A model generated the notes under the pieces. The model was given only the letters and a program-made list of their open reading frames with translations, did not search any database and was not told the DNA's origin. DNA of 20,000 nt from Catajapyx aquilonaris (taxonomy: Eukaryota). Below, piece by piece: positions 1-10,923 of this stretch. The DNA lies in assembly GCA_000934665.2 (NCBI GenBank), contig JYFJ02002003.1, forward strand, positions 44,860-64,859. The letters run 5' to 3'. Each line of letters begins with the position of its first letter. Position 1 is the stretch's first letter. Position numbers and translations under genes: made by a program.

Positions 1-130
1 TGTGATTGGAAGAAGACGCTGCATCCGCTGAAGACGCGATGAGGAGGAGGAGGAAGAGGGCGGCCCCGGGGCCAATAGAAGCGGCCCCGGGGCGACGACC
101 ATTCCTGCAGCTGGGGCAGGAGGCCGACAT
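1..130 (-). CDS. N-terminal part of a secreted or membrane protein with a signal peptide; the gene continues beyond the left edge of the window
   Basis: Minus-strand ATG at 130-128 (context aacatcATG) reads MSASCPSCRNGRRPGAASIGPGAALFLLLLIASSADAASSSNH, open to the window edge. It has a basic n-region, hydrophobic core ALFLLLLI and an A-D-A cleavage motif. A plausible 5'UTR intron lies upstream (GTAAGT donor near 600, polypyrimidine acceptor near 303). Not in the supplied ORF track. Confidence 0.6.
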   Translation of the reverse strand, partial: MSASCPSCRNGRRPGAASIGPGAALFLLLLIASSADAASSSNH

Positions 131-1677
131 GATGTTTCTGGAAGCAGCAGCAGCAGCAACGGCACGTTGTTTTTTGTCCAAGGCCGGGCCTGTATTTTTA
201 GCCCCAGTCCTCCTCCTCTCCCCGGCGGATCTCCCATCACATCACTTTATTTTCGGAAACTCACTCACACACACCGCTTTTCCAGGGATACCAACAGAGG
301 AACTGAAAAAACAAAGCAACAACAACATTTTAGCGCACTTTTGTCCGGTTCAAATCCGGTGTGTCTCAAGGCGGGAATACCTGAAGAGACCGAAACAATA
401 TGAACTGGTCTGAATTCGGTGATGCAACGACATGCTCAATTGGGTAATAGCCGAGTAATTAGTGTGCACAGCCATCAGCACTGTCCGTCTTCATCATGCA
501 CATCATTATTTGCATACACTCATGCACTACCAACAACTGCTCATCAAGCTCACATTTCGTTGGCAATATATTTAATGGAGCTGCAATGTGCCGTACTTAC
601 TTAGCTGCCTGCAACTATAGGTGCTGAACATTCACACGTGCGACACTGCGGCAGAATGATGAGAGCGGGCTAAATAATGTACGCGCACTTGTGTCCTTCC
701 GAGTGACAGCAGCCGAGCGGCTGAGCTTGTCTCATGTCACCACGCGGGCAGCTTTTGGAGTAAAAAAGTTTCCAACACCACAGCACCTGCAGCTGGTGTC
801 CGTACTGTGCGTGTAACATCCCCTTGCCGACGGTGTACACTCATCGAGATAATAACGTGCTGCCTACTGCCGCTCGTTCGTTGAACTTGTCCGAGTCAAT
901 ACTGGTGACTCATCCGTCGTTCGGTTTCACTATTTTCCTCTTTTATGCAACACGCAATCTGCATTGGACGGTGTGTGTTACGTACGGGATCGAATACTAT
1001 ACTTTCCGTGTGCAATAGTTCCGGAATTCAGTAGGGCTATGCACGGACTTTATTGATCACTGTTGACCTGGCGCATATGCAATGCGGTAATCAAGGCCAT
1101 GCGGCAGTCCCAGGCGGCTGATCACACGACCTTTTTTTTGCAGTTTGATAAAATAGTTTTTTTTTTTTACAAATCAATTTCTTGAGATGTTGCGTCATAA
1201 ACGTGCCTGCAATATTTAGGTCGGGTGAATGAGAGAGACCGAAAGAGTCCGAATTCATTCCAATAGGTTACATCTTCAGCATAATAAATTATCTATTCGA
1301 ATGATGGACATGGATTTCGGCAAACACTGGGATATCTCTTTATTTCAAGAATTAATATTTTAATCCTATAGAACATTGCTGGTAAAGGTATACATAGTAT
1401 TATATTGGGAATAAAGAGTAAATGTTTGGAGCAATTGAAGTTGAGACTTTTAATAATAGCCTACCGTAATAATTGAAGGGTTTTGGTGCAAAACCCGGAT
1501 ATAAGTCCACTTTCGGTCGAAAATGAGTAAGGTCGTATGAGTGGTTCCGCCACCTTGGGGCCATTCTGCACCTTTTGGTACGAAAATCAGACCTGTCATG
1601 TCACAGTCCACTGAGGAAATATAGCCATCCCAAGTGACAGCATAGGGGTGGTTCTGAGCGCACATAGGCTGCGTTTT

Positions 1678-1690
1678 CGCCCTCTAGCGG
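1678..1690 (-). promoter_or_regulatory. CTCF-like motif (CCGCTAGAGGGCG)
   Basis: Close match to the CTCF core consensus CC(A/G)C(C/T)AG(A/G)GGGCGC, between two divergently transcribed genes. It may be repeat-derived. Confidence 0.3.
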
Positions 1691-1799
1691 GTGAAATGAC
1701 AAAAGGCACCTCCTAGACTTCGGCGCCATATGGAAATCGAAATATCTTATCTGCCTAGCGACAAATATAGCTCATATCGAAACAAACTAAGGTGAGGCC

Positions 1800-1911
1800 A
1801 AAACTTCAGACATTTCTTAGCATTTTAAAATTTAAATCATTTAGACGTGGTCTACAGGTTTTCGAGTTATAGGGTTTCAGAATCGGGGCATTTTTTTTCG
1901 ATCACCCTGTA
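1800..1911. mobile_element. Solo terminus of a Tc1/mariner-type DNA transposon or MITE
   Basis: Ends ...agttatagggtttcagaatcggggcattttttttcgatcaccctg|TA, i.e. TA|CAGGGTGATC on the minus strand, a common IS630-Tc1-mariner terminus with a TA target. No partner TIR seen in the window; left boundary approximate. Confidence 0.4.
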
Positions 1912-2136
1912 AATGACTGCATTTGAGAAATGGCACCACCGCTTTTAACCCTTTTTTTGGTGCAGACGTCAAAAGCAGCATATGGCCAAGTTACATTCAC
2001 TGCATAGACAGAAGTAAGCTATAATAATAATTGCACACGGGATAACCCCATGTGCTACATATGCCTCCTCAGATGAACACATTCCAACTTATTTTTACAT
2101 GCATTCAAACAGCTTTTAAAATAAGCGCGCCAGACA

Positions 2137-2196
2137 TATCGATATGGAACGCGCGACAAATATCGATACATCGATGTTCCAAACCAAGATGGCGGC
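2137..2196 (+). promoter_or_regulatory. Housekeeping-type core promoter: two DRE elements and a YY1/Pho motif
   Basis: TATCGATA at 2137-2144 and 2161-2168, CATCGATG at 2169-2176, CAAGATGGCGGC at 2185-2196. These lie just upstream of a putative 5'UTR exon and intron (2291-2401) of the Myb/SANT gene. Confidence 0.65.
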
Positions 2197-2405
2197 CCCC
2201 TTCTCTTGACAAAAGTCTCTTCCTCTTCTTCTTGCCCACTTTCTTCGCCTTCTTATCCAGATAGTAAGAGGACTGGAGGACTGGCCGAAGGTATATTTGG
2301 ACAGCGGCACTGGCCCCGATTTGGTAATTGCAGGGAGTGGTCAGAACAAGTGCATCTGTCATTGTTCCTTTGGAGATTTTAAGTCGGATTGTTGTATGCA
2401 GGGCC

Positions 2406-4335
2406 ATGCAGACAGCAGCAACAGTGAAGGAAGAGGCGGAGGAAGAGGAAGAGCACATCTTCATGGGGGAAGAGATGTGGAGGACGATGGTGAAGCAGGA
2501 CCCATTGACCCCACTGGAGGGCGAGGGAACAGCTGGTGTTGAAGGTGGGGTCGGCCAGGCTGATGGGGAGGCGGCCACGCTCCTGGAGGAAACCGTGGCT
2601 TGCAGTGCGGACGACCCTCTGGCATTCAGTCCAGGCGGGGCCAGGAAGGTATGTAGCGGAAGGCAGCTCAGGGGAAGCAGCTGCATATTATGCCAAATAT
2701 TCACGTTGGGTTGGTCATTGCTTTGGCACATGTGGCTGTCAGAAGAGTTTATTAAAGGTATGATCCTACAAAGGTGATATGCGGTGAACATTGCAACTCC
2801 CATGGTATACATTTGTATGGTGTCAAAGAGACTGCTGAATTCCTCGTATCAGGGAAAACACCGTTTTCATTGAGCAGGTGGGCTTCTGTTCCCGAATCTG
2901 TTTTCACCTGTCATGGAAAAAAATCTGTTAAAAAGTACTGGTTGTGCTAGTCATGTTATTTGGCTCTGGATACAATGACATCAACCCACCCTTCTCTCCA
3001 TCATCTCCCTCATCTACTAGGAGTGTGAAAGTACAGTGGAGGGGAAGACTGGTCGACGACGGCCAAACTTCACTTTAAAAGAAGTAGAAGCCTTGACAAG
3101 GGGATACGAGAAGAAATGCATGGTCCTCAATATCAAGGTGAAGAGTTCAAATGCAAAGAGGAAAGCTGCATGGGCAGCATTAACCAAGGAGGTTAATTCA
3201 GTCAGCCATTATGGTAGGAGTGTTGCAGAAGTGATGAGAAAAGTGAAGGACTTGAAAGCGGCCACCAAGAGCAAAGGTATCCATAGTTAAAATAGTCCTG
3301 TGCATGCAGACATTTAGGCATAGATTTATGACAAACAATAATTTTGCCATATGGAATTTCGGCCTGACCCAAGTTAAGCATCTGCATCATAAAAAATGAC
3401 CTCCAGGATATATTATGGCATTTTCACATGTTATCTCTTGATCAATTCGAATATTTTTGCTCCATTTATCAAGTTATAGCATGAAACGCGTGTATTTCAG
3501 TCATGGCTCGGCGGAAAGCGGGTTGTGGTGCCTCGAGTGCTCCCCGTCTCAATGAAATTGAAGAAAGGATTGCTGCTATTCTTGAAAAGTATGTAACTTC
3601 AAGCACTGAAGAAGTGGCAGATGTTCGGATGATTCCTGAGAGTGAGAGTAAGTAGCACGTCACATGCCTTTCACCATTTTACATTTTAAAATGCGGTGTT
3701 TATCTTCCTCAGATGCAACTTCTCGTGCTTGTGGTGAGACTACCAATGAGGAACAAGTTGCTGATGAAGATCCGAGGGTCAACACGAATGGTCATGTGGA
3801 TGTTGAGGCTGAGTCACCCAAGGAGTCACCACTATCACCTTCTTGGAGTCCTGTCCAGGTGTAAGTGCAGTGCAGGCTAATGGCATGTCAGTTTTGAACC
3901 TACCATGTGACATATCTCAATGTTTGGCATTGCAGAAGATTTTGTTTCCTGCAGCTTCTGCCATTGTTTAAAGAGATGAAATGTAGCAATACATTGTAGG
4001 TGCCTGATTTTCTATTGTCGTCCAAACAAGACTTGTTAAGGGCCATTTTCTCGAACAGTGGTTCAAATGTAAACCTGGTTCAAAGCCGGTTTAAACCCTT
4101 GACAACAGCCTAACAACAATCAATCAGGGATTAAACTGACTTTGAACCCAGTTTACATTTGAACCTTTGTTCGAGAAAACGGCCCTTAATGTGCTCAGCC
4201 AACATTGATCTCTTGAGTTCTAACTGTACGCATTCCTACAGGAAAACTGAAGCAGACGAGTCTCTGGATGAACTGTGGCAACAGAAACCAGCCCTGCTGC
4301 GAGAGGAAGTTGAGGTACAGAAAGCCATCTGCTAG
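2406..4335 (+). CDS. Myb/SANT-like DNA-binding domain protein (Myb_DNA-bind_5, MSANTD/NAIF1-like, Harbinger-derived), cassette-1 isoform; exons 2406-2648, 3021-3276, 3501-3647, 3713-3860, 4242-4335
   Basis: All introns are GT-AG with consistent phases (0,1,1,2). Acidic first exon (MQTAATVKEEAEEEEE...). Domain exon RRRPNFTLKEVEAL...KRKAAWAALTKEVNSVSHYGRSVAEVMRKVKDLK matches the family pattern RxxNF(S/T)xxExxxL...KxxAWxxIxxxVNa...RsxxEvxKKwxDLK, followed by the typical LNEIEERIAAIL segment. Confidence 0.75.
4040..4185. mobile_element. 146-bp palindromic MITE, probably PIF/Harbinger-like, in the last intron of cassette 1
   Basis: 60-bp inverted arms (4040-4099 and 4126-4185, 52/60 identical by hand alignment), 26-bp spacer, termini GGGCC...GGCCC, TTAA on both sides (4036-4039, 4186-4189). 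Internal AAACCTGGTTC and AAGCCGGTTT palindromic motifs. Absent from the paralogous intron 5536-5795. Confidence 0.85.
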
Positions 4336-4825
4336 AACAATTCTGACTGGCCTGACTCCTGCAACATTAGCAATCGTGAAGAATTAGCCACACTGCATTT
4401 CTTAAGATCTTGGAGAAAAATTTGGCGGATGGACTGAGAAGTTCAATTTCAATTTAGCATGTGTGGCTAGTTGTATGATAACAAATTAAGGTGCTATTTT
4501 TGCATATAATGCATGTTTGACACGCTGATTTATTGAAATCCGTAGGGGCCACTCTGGTTGAAATTATTGGCTGCAGTGTTTTATTTTTTTAATGAACTTA
4601 AATAAGAAACTATTTTGGGTAGGTTTGACCTCTTTTAAGGTATTGCACGGACCTTTGTTTTATGATTTTGGAATGAAGGGCTTATCCAAAACTACATGAA
4701 AATTTCTTACTCAAAAGTTGAGAGTCTGAGGGTACTAGTTACGATATGTATTGAGTGACACTATTATGGCTCCCTCTCCCTGAGGGGAACGACATCTACT
4801 AACCCTTCCCTCCCTCATCTGATAG

Positions 4826-6024
4826 GAGTGTGAGAATATGGTTGCCAGGAAGATTGGTCGCCCACGTCCCAACTTCACCTCTGAAGAAGTAGCAGTTCTG
4901 ACCAATGGATACAAGAAGAATAGCTCAATCCTCAATGTCAAGGCAAAAGGTCCCAGCATTTTGAACATAACGAGGAAGCCAACATTGGTGGCATTAACGA
5001 AGGAGCTTAATTCCGTCAGCCCTTATGGCAGAAGCGTTGCAGAAGTGATGATAAAAGTAAAGGCCTTGAGAAAAACTACCAGGAGCAATGGTAAACAGAG
5101 TTAAAATAATCATGTGCATGCAATAATTTAGGCTAAGAGCACCAACAATGAGACATGTGTATTTTAGTCGTGGCTCGGAAGAGAATGATGACTACAACAA
5201 GGTGCGGGCCCCAGGAAATGCCTCCACTCAGCAGGATTGAAGAAAGGATTCCTGTCACCTTTGAAGAGCGTCCAACTTCCAGCAGTCCAGACGTGGCAGA
5301 TGTTTCGATGCTTCCTGAGAGTGAGAGTCAGTAGCGCATCGCGTGCCTGTCACCAGTTCACATTTTTAAACGTGACATTTTCTCTCTCAGATGCAACTTC
5401 CCCTACTGTTGGTGAGACCACCAGTGAGGAGCAAGTTGCTGATGAAGATCCAAGGGTCGACACTAATGGTCATGTGGATAATGAGGTTGAGTCACCACCA
5501 TCACCTCCTCAACTCGGCAGGGGTACAGTCCAGGGGTAAGTACAGGATAAAGGCATAACAGCTCGTAGAATGTAGATGGGGTTAAGTCAATAATGGGCAT
5601 GTCATGACCTAACCATGTGACAAATCTCCCAATGTTTCCCATGGGAAACAAGGTTTTTTTTCCTTGGGTTAGCTACTGTTGCCTGCAAAATTGAAATATC
5701 ATAATGCATTGTAGATGCCAGAGTTTCTATTGCTCTGCCATGAAGCCTAATACTTCAAAATAATTTACTGAATTTGAATTGATGCATTCTGGCAGGAGAG
5801 CGCAAGAAGAAGAGCCTCAAGACTGCCATGTCATGCAGATGCGCAAGAAGAAACTGGCCCTTCTGAGGGAGCAAATTGAGGTTCAGAAAGCCTTGGCATC
5901 CGCTGCAACAGCTCAAGCTGAAGCACTGGCTGCAATGGCCCGCTCACTGCAAGGAATTGCGGAGAATCAGCCTCGCATTCTTCAGACCCTGGAGGAAATT
6001 AGGGATGGGATTGTTTACGTGTAA
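4826..6024 (+). CDS. Second tandem Myb/SANT cassette; exons 4826-5090, 5168-5326, 5391-5535, 5796-6024; probably spliced to shared exon 2406-2648, or started from internal ATG 4838
   Basis: Exon-by-exon paralog of 3021-4335 with the same phases and an open frame throughout: GRPRPNFTSEEVAVL...ALTKELNSVSPYGRSVAEVMIKVKAL; ...ETTSEEQVADEDPRVDTNGHVD...; C-terminal coiled-coil-like LALLREQIEVQKALASAATAQAEALAAMARSLQGIAENQPRILQTLEEIRD. No separate first exon or promoter is evident. Confidence 0.7.
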
Positions 6025-6828
6025 CCACAACCACAGAGTAGTTCACGTGTAGTGGTGAAAGTAGGGCTAGTTGTATCAGCCTAAATGATAAGGACAAAAT
6101 TGCACATGCTGTGCACTGCACACACTGATCAGATTTAGATGCATTTAATGTTATGCCATGTCAAATGATATGATACGCAAATATCTGGAGGAATAATACT
6201 GGACAACTTCAGGGGCACAAGTTTGGACTCCGATGACGATCTCTGATCGAAGGAAAAAGTAATGCTACAATGTTTCTGTAGTGATCTTCCATAATCTGAA
6301 ATATGGCCAGAATTTCCTTAATTTTCGCTGATACAGCTACGACCACAGTATATTTGTAAATATAATATTTTCAACTAAATTTGTAATTAATGCTGAATGT
6401 AGTTTTAATACCACATTTTCCTTTGCAGTATTCCACGTTATTTGCTCTTTCAGATGCTTATACGAGTATTTATATAGTTTTTGAGTATTGCAGTTTTTCA
6501 GGTGAATTGTGATGAAATAGAGCCAACTGATGGGGCCGGTACGTATTATGCTGAGGGAACCAGCCATCCAGAATGAAGGGGAGGGAAATTTTGTTATTTT
6601 TTTTATTTTCCTCGTAAAATTATCCAGAGTAAATTGATAAGTGATGCACTGCCGACATGCATTTTAAAAAATATGGACATCGCAAATTTTGAAGTCTGAT
6701 TTTGTGAAATGTCACCACTTATTTGAAGGTAACTTACCAGACATTCCCATTCAGAAAATACCATTGGATGTGATTGGCCAAGTGAGATTATTACGTGGGA
6801 TGTAGAGTACAATTCCATGCAGAAGGAA

Positions 6829-8112
6829 TCAGTGACGCCAATTGGGCCTGATCTTCATCTCCACTTTCTTGAGTGAATATTTTATTCCCTTCCACGTGTA
6901 CCACTGAACACCTTTGTCAATTTCTGAGCTGTTCCCTCTGAAGTACTGTCCATTTAGGTTGGAGTGCCCGCAGCTGTTGTACCACCATGCACCTTGCTGT
7001 TGATCCGCACAGTTTCCAAAGTTGTTGTCATGGTCCTTGTTCCAGGTGGTGAAAGCCATCCCGGAATGGTGCTTCATGAGCGAATCTCCCGCCGTACTTT
7101 GTTTGTTGTATCCAGACACGAAGAGACGGTAGTTATCCTCTTCGTCCGTAACCCTGAACATGTCATATTCAGCATGCGCCTTTCCTCCTTCCCAGTCCTC
7201 CAAGTCCACACGAAGTCGGACAGGAGTCGAAGGAGGACTGGTTAGAGCATGGATCTTATCCAGACCTGTCGCAGCAATGTGACGGTAGTTTGGTTGAAAA
7301 ATACAAGGTCGTATGATGCTTGCATGCAAGTCACTCACCTAACCAAAATTCCCGATTTAAGTCACCAAATCCTTGCTTGTAATCATTCCATTTTCGGTAG
7401 AAATTGACATGAGGTATGACATCGTCTCTTCTTTGGATGACGATCCATCCACCATATGTCTCAAGGTCGCAGTACACCTGTAATAAACGTGGCGTGGCAA
7501 TTGAAGTAATTCGACGCCATTACTGCATCAGTGCAAATCATTATCACTTCTGGAATAAATTTAATTCCTTTCATAATTAACAATTACCTCAAATTGTTTT
7601 CCTGAGACAGTGATGGTGTAAATGCCAGATTGCTCACTCCCTTGTCGTTCCACCTCATCGTAGCAGTTGGATGCACTTACTTTCCGGTTTGATTTGGAAG
7701 TTTCTGACGCTGCCTGGATGTCACTCCTAAGTGCTTGTAACTCTCGTGTAATCTTTCCCTCCAAGTGTGTCAACCTGGTCAACACCTCTTCGACGTTACG
7801 TTTGCTTGTGTATGCTGCCGGAAAGAAGCCGGATAATTAGATCCAACCTGGTCAAGTCGGTTAGATTAACTCACAGGCGTGGATGATCTGGTTGTGAACA
7901 GATTTGATCACGACTGGTTTCAACGAGTTGACGACTGACTGGACCACACCCGAGATCACTTCATCAGTGGTTTGGAAATCACTCCCGACGGATCCCGATC
8001 CCTCTTCCTCGTTCGTGTGACTCCCACCATGGACCTCAACATTCCCTCCTCCAAAGAGGAGGGAAAGGAGAACCTGGGAGTAGAGTACAGCAAAACTTGC
8101 ATCGACCTCCAT
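6829..8112 (-). CDS. Secreted fibrinogen-related domain protein (FReD; techylectin/ficolin/angiopoietin-like), copy B, about 346 aa; exons 8112-7875, 7814-7588, 7477-7339, 7265-6829
   Basis: Signal peptide [23 protein letters not shown]; coiled-coil-like [26 protein letters not shown]; fibrinogen C-terminal motifs [86 protein letters not shown]. Phases 1,0,1 are consistent. Confidence 0.93.
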
Positions 8113-8388
8113 AGTTCCACAAGGGCTCACAAATATGGACTGAGAATCAGATGCAACCAAGCGGGATCGAGATACAGAGGTCAGAGAGCACCATGCAACA
8201 TCTGTCATGACCTTTAGATAATAAATAATTTATTATTTATAGGCTTACTTAAAGTGTGCACTTTTGTGCTAGGGACAGCATCATGACGAAATACCATGCC
8301 TGCAAAAATGGTCGGATGCTTTATTTTTGTCATTGATAAGTATGTACATTACTTGGTATGTAAGAATGTCGGTCTCCGGTACAAAGGA

Positions 8389-9970
<1,582 letters not shown>

Positions 9971-10923
9971 CTTTGCAAAATGTTTTATGAGTAGTGTAAC
10001 AGCAAGCCAAGCTACTGATATACAATCAAACGAGGAAAACTTAGCAATGCAAAGGTCAGAGTGTTATGTCACGTATTTTTGAGAGAGATCAAGGGTATCC
10101 ACTCGTGCTTATCTTAAAAAAGCTAATTCGTTTATCTCAAGAGCACTCTTATTCCAATATTATTAAGTTACTTTATATCATCCGGCGACATCTTGCTGCT
10201 GCGATGAATCTGAAGAACTTATCATTAATACTGAACCGTACTTATGTGTAATACAAGGTGGGTCAGAATTTCAGATCATTTTCTACATGTCCTATTGGTT
10301 CAAATGCCATGTATAGCGTTGCCGAGTGACTGAAAAATGTGTGTTTTTTTCTCACTTTAATCTAGGAATAAACAGTCAGGCCGTTGCTTAGGACATGCCT
10401 GACTGTTGTGGCTCAGAACAAGAGCCGTGTCAGGCGCTTGTGTGGACAGTCGGATCGAATAGTCGGCTATACGAAACTGTCGCATGACGGTGCGATTCAG
10501 GCAACGACGCCACATCATACAACAAAAAGTATTGCGAGAGCGACTTCTTAGGCTGGTGGAACTGGTCGAGTTCATAACCGGAGGAAGCTACAAAACTTCT
10601 GCGGTGAAGTCTATATACACACTGACTGGTGAGCAGATATTGTGCAGATTCAAGTTAGAGATTTGCGACGAATTATTCTGTAAGTATTAACACTAATAGT
10701 TACTTGCTGAAATGCTTGAGGGTCCAAAAAAATTCATTAGATATTTTCCAGGTACTTTTGCTAAGTACAGTATCACATTACCCACTCTTGACATTTTAGT
10801 CGGATCTACGTTCATGAGCATTCCCAGCCTATTTCAATGTGAAATAAGTCTATGTCATACTATATGACATTTCAGGTTCTGGTAATTGCGACAACAGTTT
10901 ACTGCAACTTACAAGGACCCGCG

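Larger units (their letters stand above)
2955..6140 (+). repeat. Tandem duplication, unit about 1.4-1.8 kb (about 2955-4540 vs about 4760-6140)
   Basis: Homology covers the upstream acceptor region (ctccctcatctactaggagtgtgaaa vs ctccctcatctgataggagtgtgaga), exons, introns and 3'UTR (ggctagttgtat in both). Boundaries approximate. Confidence 0.85.

Noticed and set aside
60..158. Short direct repeat gcggccccgggg (twice) and a (GCA)n run
   Set aside because: Too short, only two units and no spacer array; ordinary slippage, not CRISPR-like.
6..413. Plus-strand 135-aa ORF
   Set aside because: Non-ATG start and low-complexity translation. It is better explained as the antisense of a signal-peptide exon and its 5'UTR.
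2105..2812. Minus-strand 235-aa ORF
   Set aside because: Antisense shadow of the GC-rich acidic exon 2406-2648; Ser/Pro-rich, with no domain or splice support.
2406..6024. Autonomous PIF/Harbinger transposon
   Set aside because: No DDE transposase ORF and no TIRs bounding the locus. The host-type promoter and multi-exon structure favour a domesticated gene.
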